A DNA stretch of 64,000 bases. It comes from Rhina ancylostomus (lineage: Eukaryota). Numbering within the stretch: the first letter of the stretch is position 1; every line of letters begins with the position of its first letter. The stretch is from positions 86,162,833-86,226,832 of the forward strand of contig JARFYF010000104.1 in assembly GCA_030265395.1 (NCBI GenBank), given 5' to 3'. Positions 22,437 through 36,195 of the stretch are shown here, in pieces. Below the pieces are notes generated by a model. That model was not told the origin of the DNA, searched no databases, and saw only the letters and a list, made by a program, of their open reading frames with translations. Position numbers and translations under genes: made by a program.

Positions 22437-25400
22437 TATACACTTCCTCAACCCTGCAGCAGCCTCCTTGTATAGGATTCTAGAGAGGGAGCAGCACATT
22501 TAACAGCAAATTCAGTTTTAGATTTTCCATCTTTGTGTGTCATTTTCTAAAATTTACCTAGACTTCTGGTTTGAGTTGTGTCAGGTTATTGGTCTATGAA
22601 GAGAGAGATAACACATTTCCTTGTATTGAATTTTGCCTGCTCTGTATTTTGTGGGCAATATAAAAACATGAAGGGTCCTTGTGACCGAATGGTAAATCAG
22701 ACATTCAAATTTCATATGCACAGGATAGGAATTTTTGAGGAAATTGTACTTCCTTTATTTCACGATAATATTTGGATACTTTATTTTATATACAAGTGCA
22801 ATGTCAATCATGTATCTTCCTTTTAAAAATGTGAAAATCATTCATGGTAGACATTTTAAAATATTGCAACTTTTCCCATTGTTTAGATGATAAGAATAAT
22901 TTTTATTTTTGATGTTTGCGTGGAAGAGAATTGCACTTTGTGTCTCCATGATGTTGTTTTATGTATTTTAGACATGGTCTGAATTGGGCAAAGCTCCCTG
23001 CGCTGTATAATCCATATTTTCACAGTTAAACCATTTTACACAAAGTAGTTAAATTCTGATTGAGGTAATCAAAAATAATTTTAGAAAGTGCAGATAAAAA
23101 TTGTCATTCTCTCCCAGGGCATAACAATTTGAGTAAAAGTAATGATGAAAAATGTCAACATTTGTAATGTTTTAGATACAGAATCCTGGTTCTGTTGATC
23201 CTATAACCATTAAATCTGTAATTTCCTGTTACAAATGCTAATAAATCTGCAATGTTTTATCTACGATGAATTAAAGTAACAATGGAAGATGTGAGGATCT
23301 GTAAAAAGATGAGAGGTTGGCATTTTGAGCATAAACCCTTTAACAGATTCCCAGTTCTATTGATAGCTGTCTACAATAAACACTGAATCTATAATGTCTT
23401 TACAAATGTTAATAAATTGGCAGTGCATTTCCAGAATTATCGGATCTTTTTAATTCTACAGCATGCATGATAAAATAGATGAGAGGAGTTCTTGTCATTT
23501 TCTTAACTCCTTTGAAAAATACCGTGGTATTTAAGATCCAACATAGAATTCTAATTCTGTGAGATGGTTTATACATTTCCTTAATATTTAACTATAGGGC
23601 ATGTAACTGGCTATCTGTTAAAAATACCTCAGAACTGTAATTTTTTGTGGATTTGTTTTTATTGAAGTTTTAGTGTTTTACCAGGATGAAAATAGGAACA
23701 GATTACAAATTCATTTATAGCGGTATTCTCTTCGGGACAATTCAATAAACCATGCGCTTGTCAAATAGAGAGGGAGCTAATTTTATTTTGAGTGCTTAAA
23801 ACATGATTTTACAATTGTAATAGTAATACATGGATGTTTTTAATCTTTCTTTATGAATTTGAAACCTCCATGCAAATATATCCATTCTTTCAATTTGCAA
23901 CTTTCTACAGAGGTGGAATAGTTTAAGCACTTTTGGTTTCTGAGGTAGCGTGAGAAAAACACATATTAAAATTTTGTAACTATACGGAATGACCTCTGCC
24001 CAGGATAAAAAAAAAACTGAGAACTGATCGGTAACACGCAAGCTTCCCATTAGCTTCAGTGATGTGACTGCAGCTGCATTTCAGAAGTCTGGGGAGACTT
24101 GAGGACCTTGTGCAGTGGGCACAGGATTTACTTTTCCTTAACAAAGAAAGGTGTTGAAATAGTTTTGACAAATTGCTATAGATGTCCAAAGAAAGCCACC
24201 TTTATATTCAACCTCTATTCATAAAGAAACCATTTTGGACAAGTTTTTATTTGTAGTCTTGCCTCTAATCTATGAATAGGAAGAGATGGGAAAAGTATAT
24301 ACTGAAATTCAGCAGTGACAAGAGACTACTGGCTGAATAATGCAGTAACTTTGTGCTGGCTTTAAAGTAAACGGGGAGCTGTCAGTACATTAGGAGGAGG
24401 AACCTGCCCTGTCGGTACATTACTTGCACTGGGCTAGTATCACTGGTAAAAGGAGCATGGCACGCAGGTGTCTAAATTATTTACAGTCATAATCGTCCTT
24501 TATGTTACATCTCAAAGCCATGGCTCTGTTATTCTTTTGCATAATTGATGGTGTTCAGAACTGGAAGAGTTAGAATAGCAGAAGTAATGTGATGCAAATG
24601 TGCAGTGAGGCAGAAAGTAAGTCAGCTGGCATTGCGCTGCAGTGATGTGGTGGTACAGTAATCACTAGTTTGCGTGTATAAGCCCTGTACATGCACAGCT
24701 AGAAGTAGAGAAAGGAGCCATCCAAATATAACAGGACCTGACACATAACAACGACTGGATGGCAGTCAGATCAGAAGGTATTGGTTCATAGTTACAAACC
24801 ATCTGTAGTGGGGGAGGCGATGGTTCCAGAAGTGGCTGTCCCAGTGCTGTTGTGCACAAATTGTTGCAACTCATTTCTCATTTCTTAGTATAGCCCATTG
24901 CCATTTTGTGTTTGGTAGAAAAAAATTTTTTGGAAAATCAAAGTTTTATTGATTGCAAACAAATCTGTATCTAAACGCTGCCATATTTTGTTCAAAAGCA
25001 ATACAAAGTACTGTATCATCTTACAATGAAACTTTTAAATTTGAGACAGCATAACTATTTTTGTTTTTTTTGTGCTGTGTTTTGTGTGTGTGTGATCTAA
25101 AACTGCAGTAAGATTCTGTTTAAAAAAAGACTGAACAGATGATCAAAAGTCAATATACTTGTTTATAAAGGATCAACAACTATAAATTTATAAAGGATCA
25201 AAGCTATAAATAAAATGATTCTAGATTAACTATGAGTGTTTTTCAGTCTATAGCACATGTGAAACTCTGCTTATCAGGAATTCATTGTGTTCCAAATCTG
25301 TGTTACATTAGAAGGTTAAAAACCTGTACAGAAACCCATAGATTATTATTAACTGTTACAAATTACAGAATGTTAAGAAGGGTCAGAGACCACGAAGGGA

Positions 25401-26618
25401 AGGGAAGAGAAAACATACATTTATGTAGGTCCATAATTCTTTACCGCATTGCTGAAAGTGTCACCTCTTTTCCAGCGGTCTTTGAAAATCACATAAATAG
25501 AAATGTTTTCTCCTTGGTGTATTCCACTTTACAGAGCTAAGCATGTAAAAAAAGTTATGAGATTGTCATATACATATTTCAGTAATGTATGCAGGTCAGT
25601 AATAGTTGTGGGATTAGGATGGAAAGACTCAAATTAAGGCCTTGTTTTTGAATATTTCCTACTGGTATCATGTAGGATTTTGAAGTTGGTTCCAATAAAT
25701 ACATAAGAAAAGTATTAAAAGTTTGCCTCTTTTTTTTCAACCAATAGTTCCATGTAAGGCAGGAGCTTATTTAATCACTGTTCATGAATAAGACCATTCT
25801 ACATATTGTAGAATTATTGAACCAAGATAAAAATACAAGCACACTTTTGAGACAAACTTGTGTATTTATTCTTTTTATTACACGCTGAATTTATTTGTTT
25901 ATGAGTTGCAGCATAAGAAATAATATGGTTTTGATTGGTCATTCAGAAAAATGCCTATGCAATGGGTGTTAATTGGAGTGCATCCTAAGGTGATTTTAGC
26001 ACATTTTTTTTCCTTGCAAACGTCGCTATTGATATGCGGTTTCATAATGTGAAAGCAATTGCTATTGTGCACTTTCCAAAAAGAGCATCGTATAAACTGC
26101 CTGATACATTTTGATTTTGCATTTCTAGACTAGGAAGGAATCGCACAGCTATAGATCAGAACATCTGCAGTTTTCTGCACCCTTAGCCACCGCACACCAA
26201 CAATCCTCGTCAAAATAAATTGTAGTCTTGAGCTTCGACTGCTGGAGAGTGACAGGAAAGGACAGGTGATAGCTGAACCGTTAGTAAAGCAACATCCTTA
26301 TCTCCGCAAGAAATGCCTCAGTGTGTATGTATTCTTAGTCTTAAACATCAGGTGTGTTTTCTTTTACCTCCTTATACCATTTCCTTTATAACTGTACGGT
26401 TTGATATTGTCTGATGGAACAATTGCATAAGGCAAGCAGTCAAGGAAAATGCCTTTTTATTTGCTCATCTTGTGGTTAGTTTGCAGCACCATCTTATTCA
26501 CTTCAGCTGAATGGAGCCAATGGAATGAAAATTACTGGCAGAACTTCCAAAAGGTTCATGAGGAAAATAAAGAAAAATCTAAAAACCTATATATTCGGAT
26601 GAGATTATATTCACTTTC

Positions 26619-26714
26619 ACTTTTTTCATCTTTGGACAACACAGTAGTTAATACTTCATTAACATTAACTAAGTATGAATTTTTTTCAGCAGAGGGAAAT
26701 GTTCCAGGATTTTG
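26619..26714 (+). repeat. Inverted repeat, arm A (partner 28286-28380)
   Basis: Its reverse complement equals 28286-28380 except for one homopolymer indel and one substitution. Confidence 0.95.
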
Positions 26715-26735
26715 CTTCCATTATTTTTCCTGAGA

Positions 26736-26856
26736 TAACTATAAATTCATTTATCATAGATGTTAAACCTCCCATTAAATTAGAGAAGATATAATTAACT
26801 ATAAATTCATTTATCATAGATGTTAAAGCCTCCCATTAAATTAGAGAAGATATAAT
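26736..26856 (+). repeat. Tandem duplication, 60+61 bp
   Basis: TAACTATAAATTCATTTATCATAGATGTTAAA(G)CCTCCCATTAAATTAGAGAAGATATAAT twice; the copies differ by one G. Confidence 0.95.
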
Positions 26857-28285
26857 TTGTAAAATCATCATTTTGGATTTGAGCAAATAACAATGAGGAG
26901 TAAAACAAGCTAAATATCTAATTTCAGACAATCTTCCGCTATCTAATGAAGCAGCGCAGAAATATTAGTCCAGTTCTTTGAGGATTAGAGAATCAAGTGT
27001 CCTAATAGACCATAAAACAGTTTCCTTCTGTTTTAAAATTACAATCGGCTGAAAATCCACTACAGCCTAGCAACCACCACAGACAAGCAGATAATTAAGT
27101 TTCAGGGAGGAGGATCTGAGTTGCTGCCATTAATGTGTCACTTTCTGTGCATTCATTTCCCTATTGCACTTCAAAAAACAGGACTGTGTATGTTTGGGGC
27201 GCTGGTAGGGGGTTAATGAAAGCACTGATTAATGAATCATTATCTGCACACAGAGAAAGACTTGAAATATGTTTTATAATCAAGTTTCTTTGCAATGGGA
27301 AATCAAAACCATTCATCTATCAGGGCAGATTAAGCCATTTTAAAATTTGTTTCAGACAGCGCGATCAATGCTCAAGTTGCCATTTCAACCCATTGGAGCG
27401 TTAACATTTCTCGTGCTATAAATTCTTGCTGCGTGCACGCAAGTGGCGGAATGGGAAACATACTCAGACCTGACAGGCTTCAACTCTCAAATTTCAATTA
27501 AATCAAGTTTCATTTGACAATATCCCTAACTACAGCATCAAAGAGCATATTATTAAATATACACTCTTTGCAAAGGAAAGAAGGCAATTTATAATTATCT
27601 CATAAACTGGTGCTAGACTGCACCATGAAAGATGAACCATTGAAGACTGCCTGATATCAAAGTTAAATTTACAATTTTTTAGTGACATTTAAAAGTATTT
27701 TTCATGTTGTATATTATGCATGTAAGTGATAAAGTACTCCATGTTTTACTTCCTAATTTTACTTCATTATCTTGGTTTTAAATCATAGTAAATTTAATAT
27801 ACGAACAAACATGAATGTATTTAAAAACATACACCAGGCATTGATTTTAAAATTAATATAAATATGTAAGCTCTGTTTCAAAAAGATACAAAGGCAGCGG
27901 TTGTGAAATGGTAAGACGTTAATCCACAAAACACTTTCCTATCATTTCAATGGGAATTTATTCACAGGAAATTGTTACATTCAGCCACGTTATTGGAACC
28001 CCTGACATGTCTGCCAAATAATATAGTTCTATATCAATATGTGCAATATATCTACCATACAGCAATCCACAGAATAATAAGATATGAGGAGAATTATACT
28101 CACAGTTTGTACATGATTGTTGAATGGTTATCTGATTTGTAACATTTAAATAACTGTTTCGAATTCAGAAATTGATTTTTGGACTGATTAATAATAGAAT
28201 GAGATTTTTAAAGTACAAGTAACTATATTACCCTCTTTTCATCAAACTATAAACTATTTTCATCAACTATATTACCCTCTTTTCT

Positions 28286-28380
28286 CAAAATCCTGGAACA
28301 TTTCCCTCTGCTGAAAAAATTCATACTTAGTTAATGTTAATGAAGTATTAACTACTGTGTTGTCCAAAGATGAAATAAGT
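28286..28380 (-). repeat. Inverted repeat, arm B (partner 26619-26714)
   Basis: CAAAATCCTGGAACATTTCCCTCTGCTGAAAAAATTCATACTTAGTTAATGTTAATGAAGTATTAACTACTGTGTTGTCCAAAGATGAAATAAGT is the reverse complement of arm A. Confidence 0.95.
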
Positions 28381-31300
28381 AACATAATTATTTCAGTAGA
28401 TTAATTAAATATTATTGATTCAGTTAAAATCCTTTTTTTTGCATTTAAGCTTTTATTATTTTATCGAAGTGATGACATCAGAGTAGAGCTAAGAATTTAG
28501 AAAAACTGTTGGCTAGGCAGTTCAGGTCAGAGAAAAATAAAGTATCCAGTTCCTTTAGTGATGGTCAACTAATTTTTATTTTGAGATAATATGTGATTCT
28601 CTTTTTAGTTAACTGATCTTTTCCTTGTTAGAAAAATAACTTCCTTCATTAATTTTATAGGAAGAAAATTATAGCGGTTTAATATAAGACATTTGGTGAA
28701 ATCTGTTGAAATAATTAATATTGATTAAACAGAAAAATTGCAAGTAACTACAGTGAGACTTTAATAAACAAAGTATAAATGAACCCTATTTTACAAAATT
28801 TAAAAACATTCAAAACAAAGTATTGAAACATTAATTTTTACATCATACTTTCTTTCAAAACCAGGCTCTTTTACACCAATTCACTTTTGGAACAAGGCAT
28901 GAATTCTTAAAAAAAATCATTGTAATTTGCCACAGAGAAGGTGGATTCGAAACAAATTGATATTGGCAGTGAATTGAAAACACTGTGAGACAATAAACTG
29001 GGAGGATCTTAATAAGAACTTTGATTGTAAATTGATTTGAACCAGGCTGTGCTGCTGTAGCTACAGCTATTGCGCAGTGTAAAAGCTGTAAAATCAACCT
29101 ACCTTTTGTTCCAACCATAACAAAGGTCTGCATTTGGGTTTTCTTAACTCGATTTTAAAAAAAGAATAGTTTGTATAATTATCTAAGTAAAACAAATGCG
29201 GCGCTGTATAATAATTTTTTAAAAATCAGCAATGTTAAATTTTTGGTGCTGCTCATCAGAAACCGAGTGACTGCATCGAATTGACTCACAAATCTCAGTC
29301 TTTATTTTTTTTTTGCTGGCTTCTATCTGTTGTATCTTCTCTTTCATGCTTGTGTGATTATGCAAAGAAAATGCAGAAAGATTGAATATTTAGGAGTCAC
29401 CAAGTAGATAAGTTTTCCTGCTTGCGACAGTGCCATTGAGTGCAGTCGCATAGTACTATGCTGAAATCTAATTCGTATGTGACAATCGTAGCTATCAAAA
29501 TGTGATGCTAATATTTTCAGACCATGAATTTAAGAAAGAAATTAACAGAGACAAAATCCCTGCCCTGGAACCTCAAGATATGCACTTTCCAATACCAATC
29601 CAAAAATACACTAAACCATCATTGTGATACTATCTTTAGAAGCTAAAGACTCCTCAAGCAACTGTTTCATATAGACTATTGGAGAGGGAGCTGTAAATAA
29701 TGTTTGCTATGCCAAAGAACATTAAGGTGTTGGAGGCTGATCTTAAACAGATATTTTATGTACTTTTTACATTGGAGAGAAAAAAGGTTAAGTATTGCAT
29801 TTTGATCAGAGGTGAAATGTTTTACAAATAGTTTGAGACATCGTGCCTCAACCAAGCAGCCCATGAATAATATTGATTAAAAAAAGGATTAAAAATCATT
29901 TGAGAGGAAAAGAATCCAGAATGGTTATTGTGCTCATCGTATTCTCCTAACCAAACCCAAGGCAAAGGAACATATTCTAAATTACATTTAAAGTCAAGAA
30001 ATATTGCAAACAAGAACAAATGACGCAATTCCTGAGCACATTTCCTTTTTTTTAATTCTGCACTTCCCCCTGAAAAATTGTGAACGGTGTCATCTTTCCC
30101 AGCCATATAGCGGTCAAAATACTCCTTCACCAGCCTCAGGGTTAACGGATATAAACTCTTTTGATTCATTCCAGAGCACAATATTTTTATGTCAGAGATC
30201 CATGCTGTGTGGAAGTTAGTTTTCACTCCAAATTATCTGCCTCCCTCTGATTTGGCTGTGCTAGTCAGGCGGTTAATGTTAATAACATGGAGGATAGATC
30301 AAAGGGCTCTTTGCTGCCGATGAGCACAAGACATTTGATGTTTTGAGCAAGGAATTCTCCAAGACTGGAACATCCATTAGAACAGGTGCCTTAGAGTGAC
30401 TCCCCAAGCTCAGATTCTAAAAGATAATTTTTAAAGGCTTTGCAAAGACAAAGCACCTTCCATACACTGCCTGCTCAATAGACAATAGCACAGATGAATG
30501 ACACATTTTTACATGTTATTATCCAACTTATTTTTCTCTTTCCTTCTGTTTTAAACCTTTAAAAGCTTCCACTTCAGTTGACTTGTCAAGTTACATGCAA
30601 GCCTAGTGACTTGAAACTATTGGTTTAAGTGTGTGTGTTTATAAAATGAGTTGTGCCTAAAAAGTCAAACCCTTGGATGGAAAGTTCATTTCAGAAAAGC
30701 ACCCTGGCCTCACTCTAAATATTGAATATAACAGAGACTTCATTCAGAAAGCTACCAGAAGTGGTTCCTGATGTCCTCACATTACGTTGTATGTTGTTTT
30801 GGGACATTCACTGTAGCACACACCTCATTACAATATAAAAACACTTGGGGGTTTAATTTCCTCCCTATGCTATTTTTGGCATTTGCATTAAACTCCTGTA
30901 TGCACTATTTAATATCTTTATTAACCCATTTTATTTTAAATGGGTTAACGACTATATTAAAAAAGCACAGAATTGAATTTAACACATGCATTATTCAGCA
31001 TGTTAAAACAGCAGGCAGAAAATTATTCTGCATATGTGTTGAAATTGTGTTACACAGTATTAACACATTCAGATGAAATTCCTTTCTCTCCTAATTTAAT
31101 GAAGTGTTAGCCCATATATTTTATGTTTTAGTTAAAAAAATGGGCAGAGCTATTTCATAAAAATGCATTCGTTGATAACATTCAAAGTTTACATGCTTCT
31201 TGCTCCTAAAAATAGAGCTGTATCAACAGTAGAATGTACCTATTAAGGCTGGGATTTTTTTGTAGTATTTTGGCATCAGTGACATTCTCTTGGGCACTGA

Positions 31301-34300
31301 CCATGTGCCAAAGCGTCATACAGAAATGACTGAATGCGCAGTGGTGCTGAAATTTGTGCTGAGAGTGGTACCACCTGCAAGTGTTGATTTCACATTGGCA
31401 ACCACGTGTATGTGTAACAGAATGAATGCACCTGGTGTGAAGCCTGACGGTAAATTAGTTTTGAAAGTTTATAAAAAAAATAATCTAGGAGACTGTGATA
31501 CCACTATCTCTACTGCTGTGTTTAAAAAGCACAGGCAATGCCACAAGTTCTTTTCAATCATTAAGAGAACGTGACCAGCAGGCAGGCACTGGTAAGCAAT
31601 GACCCATGTCTACTTTTCAGTGGACAGACACACAGCAGTGCCTTCCCCACTGTGAAATGAGGCAGCGATGTTAACACCAACATCTGATTGCGTTGCTTTT
31701 CAAATGCACCTAATATATTAAAAACAAAGTATTAAGTAAAAGGGTGTTGAGAACATTCATCAAGGAAACCAGAGGACTTCTTCACATTAACTCTCTCATT
31801 TACGATGTAATATACACCTAGGAATGAAAGATGCCTAACTTTGGTTCACTAACCTATTTTACACTGAGATTTTATACATGTCGGGATATACATATTGCTG
31901 AGTGTACATTTTTAATATTTCACAAATTATCAAAGAAAAAGACAGCAAGGTCATGAAATAACTTTTTTATTCATCAGCTAAACAGACTGTGTAAGAAATT
32001 TGTAGGTATAAAACTAAACTTCCAAATTAAAATTTTATGTTTTTAAATGCATGTTTTCTCCTTATTTGATGTAATTTATATCATAACTAGATTATCACCA
32101 GGATCTCAGTAAAAATACTACTGCCGATAATTCCCACTGTTCATTAATAGTGGCAGGTTTTGCCTGCATTGCTGGTCATTTGTAGTGCCAACTGACAGGA
32201 CGTCGGAATATAAGGCTCCCTTTGGTAAAAGAAGGAGTAGTGGAGGAGTAACTCCTCTGTGCTCAGAGAATGAGGAATGAAGAACATAACTTGTAAAAAC
32301 AGCATCCAATACTCTTTTTGGTTCTGCTCTGGAGCAAAGGTTTGGTGCATTTCAAAGCAGATGGGATGAAGTTTTGTCAGTCTTATATAAAAATGAAATT
32401 GGCTGCAAAGCAAGTGTAGTGGTGTCAGTCCATCTTCCAGCATTTGTCCATTTGAGAAGACTTGAGAGTGCATGGAACTGGCTCCTTGCAGCAATCCTCT
32501 TTATGGGCACTCACCTCCACTTGAATAAAAGAATCAATTAGACTGAATCCCACTTGCACCTGAAAGACTACAAAATAATTTTGAAATATAAACCACTGTT
32601 TTTTCTCTGAAGCCCAGGAAATGATTAATTCCTTTGCTAGCACAATTTATTGCAGTAACGTGCTTTCATGATGACATAACAATGACAATTATTATGTGAT
32701 ATTACCCTGGGAGAAGATAAAATATGCAAAATAGCACTGTTCTCACCTGTCACTTAATTGAAAATGTGCAGAAATTACCACAGAGCTGGTCAAATCCACC
32801 CCTCAAGAACAAATGTGAAGAAAATGGCACATAAAGGGAGCTGTCTTCTGTGAATGATATGCAGAAATGTTTGAACTGTGTAGCTTAATGTGATACACTG
32901 AATTTGTTTGCTCAGTACGGTGCCATCTCCATCAGTTTATAATTGCATAGAGTCAGTTTGGGAAAAAGGAAACAGCCCTAGGGTCAGTGCAGAATATTTT
33001 ATAATTTGAATATTCACAGACTGTAGAGATGTACAGAATGCTTTAATACTGTTACTAGTATATTTAACTTAATTGTACTGAGGTAAGAATTTCTCTGGTC
33101 ATTATATGCAAAGACAGCAGTTTGCAAAGAACTATTAAAGTTTGATTTTTCAAGTGAAATTATAAGCAGAAGAAATACATAAATAATCCTTTTAAATTGA
33201 GTAACCAGGGAAGTGATATATTCATATATGGTGCAAAAACTCCAGGCTAACCATGTCATAGAGGACTCAGATGATTTCTTCACTGATGATTTATGGTAAG
33301 TTGCTGTGCATTTGTAAAAATCATTTGTTATCTGCAGAATAGACTTTACTGGCCAGCTCTGGTTAGTCTGGTGTCTCTCAAATGATGAGACCTAAGAGTT
33401 TGTACTTGGCAGTCCAGTTTGGTTTGCTATTTTGTCCATTGCCTTGTAGTTTAATACAACTCTTATCTTGTAATACTCCCTACATTCCCTCTTCAGCTTG
33501 CCCAGTTAAAGAAGAGTTTCCTTCTGCTGATTGGACCAAATTCCCCCTTCCCACTGCCCCCCCCCCAAGATCCAGTTCTGTGGTTTTAAGACTTGGAAGA
33601 GAGGGAGGAGGGATGAAGGAAACTGACTCCCAACTAACTGCAACCTGAATTGGGCCTTTTCTTCAACAACTGTTTGCTTTGGATCAAAGTGAACTCTGGA
33701 GGAAATGGTGAACAGCTCCAATGGGAATGGATACCATATGGGGTAAATTAGCAACCGCAACACTGGTCCTGTTTGAAATGTCTGACTTGTTGTCAAGAGT
33801 GTGACCAGAAAGCACTTTTATCACATCTAGGGTGGGGGTGGGGAAGACATAGAAGTGTAAATGGTAAGAATTACTTAGAATCATATGATCTCACGGGAAG
33901 CAGAATATGATGTTTGGATCATGCACGGAAGCTTAATGACCACCCATTTCTTTATTTTTCTAAATGATGTACACATTTGTTAAAGAACAGGTTTTCAGAA
34001 AACAAGAAAACAAAGGAAATATAGATTTCAGCATTTTAGCCTTACTCAGGGCAAACTGATGAACCCAAATAATAGCCAATCAGTCTGATCTGCTTGTTAG
34101 GAATCATATACGATTGTGATTTCTGTTGTCATAAATATTATTAAATTTACAAGAATATGTGCTGTTTAAATATCATTGGATATGAAAATTAAAGTCCTGC
34201 ATATTTGTAGCTAATGGTGTTGCTCAAGTTATTGATTCATTTTTTGTTTTCCTAATGGATCAAAGCTATAAGGGAGAACTAACTATCAATTTAAAGTTGA

Positions 34301-35789
34301 GAAGGTTAACTTCCTGTCCTTTGTCTTGGCTAGGCTTTTGCTTTTTAAAAAGATGGGTTACGGCTGTCATTGAGCTGCTTTCGTAACTAAAGGAAGAACA
34401 GTTCCAAATTGCTTCAGAGATCTGTATGAGAAGAGAATGGTTCCGGGGCAGAAGTGGGCAAATGTAGTAATTCAAACTGCAAGCAATGTTTTTATTATCA
34501 GCAGAGAATTCAACCAATTTTGAATGAGAGCTGAGGAAGTGGGGGTATGGAGAGCTCGATCATGATTCATAAATTTCAGATATCTGAAAGTACGTTAATA
34601 AGATTTGCTGTTATGTAGCAGAACTCTGCTCTATTTCTTAAAAACAGTCTTATAAATATTTTGTAGCCTTAAAAATAGCATTAAAGTGAAAAAGCCATCC
34701 ACAGCCAGAGGGTCCACACCATTTGGGGAATTCAAGATTTGAACTAGCTCTTGTTGCTTTCCTGTTGCCCTGCTACTTTGAAACTTTTAAAAAAAATCTT
34801 TGTACGATACCCCGTTTGGGAACTGCTCTTCAAAACTTTTAATTGCGTCAGACTAAAACAAGTTCACACTTAACTCCACCCCTTTTGAGAAAGTGGCCCA
34901 CTTCTGCTGATGGGCAGGTGAAGGGGGGAGTTGGCAGATTATAGAGAATCCTAGAAGTGAGCCATGTCTCTCAGGAGGTTTACAGCACCTGAGATGCTTG
35001 CTTACAGATGTTCTCTCTGAATAGAGCAATGAAAATTTCACTAATTTAGCTACCCGATCTACATTTTGGGCCTTTTGGGAAGTGTTCAATTCTGCTAAGT
35101 CATTTTCTGTGGAAGATTTAAATTGAGTTAATTGCATTACTTTCCCACAGTATTTAATATATTTAGTATTGCACAACTTTTAAGTGCTGGAAATATTTTG
35201 TTCTTATTTGTATTACCTTATAATGTTTTAAAATTCAGTAGAAAACATTCTTATGACTGCAAGGCCATAATTCTACTGCAGTAAATGCTGTTTCTGCATA
35301 ATTCATGCTTCTTATTTTTCTGTTGGGTATTATGTTTTTATTGAGTTGGTGTAATATTTCACATTTTATGTTCTTATCTCTTTTTGGGTAATAACTCTCA
35401 GTTAATGGCTCTTAAAAATATTGTATTTTAATGATATCTCCTTGAAGACTTCATCTTTGCTGAACAGTTGGGGAAACAAAATAAAAATCAATATGTAGGC
35501 TGCACTGTTACACAAAGTACTACCCTTGTCTGGTGAATTTAAATTTTGGAAAACCCCTGACTTGCGTTTAAACTAATACATCTTTTCTGATAAGCTATTA
35601 GTCAACAATGAAAAAAGTCAAGTTTTGAAATCCTATTTCATGAATAATGTACAGTGGCAGATTTTACAGCTTCATTGCTTTAGTAAAGTGTGAAGAAAAA
35701 TGGGAAATAAACATTGAGTTTTACATTGCATAAATTTTATAAGATGAACACACTGGTGTATAAATCACACTAATTTTTGTTTAAATGTA

Positions 35790-36007
35790 AATTAAAAAAA
35801 ATTTACAGGCCCTTCTGGCCCAACGAGTCCACACTGCCCATTTTAAACCCCAAATTAACCTACCCGTACGTCTTTAGAATGTGGGAGGGAACTGGAGCAC
35901 CTGGAGGAAACCCATGCAGACACGGGAGAACGTACAAGCTCCTTACAGACAGCGACGGGAATCGAATCCCGATCACTGGCGCTGTAATAGCGTTGCGCTA
36001 ACCGCTA
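35790..36007 (-). mobile_element. V-SINE (HE1-like), near complete
   Basis: Reverse strand: A box TAGCGGTTAGCG, B box GGATTCGATTCCC, V domain GGGTTTCCTCCAGGTGCTCCAGTTCCCTCCCACA, tail TGGGCCAGAAGGGCCTGT. Homologous to 46574-46701. Confidence 0.88.
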
Positions 36008-36195
36008 TGATAATCCATCCCACTAACCCCTTCCCTCCACTTTTATGCTCCTTCCAAAAATGCTCAGGAAGTCTTCTACACCAGATTTTATATTACATAC
36101 AACCAGGTGTTGAAAATTGATTTTTGGGAATGATTCTTGCTCTAGAAAGACCCCCTCAACATTGTGCCTTGGGCTGTGTTTACGTAGACTTTATT

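Noticed and set aside
35940-36007. tRNA-like A/B boxes (also at 46574, 22048 and 57900)
   Set aside because: These are SINE heads continuing into SINE bodies, with no complete cloverleaf.
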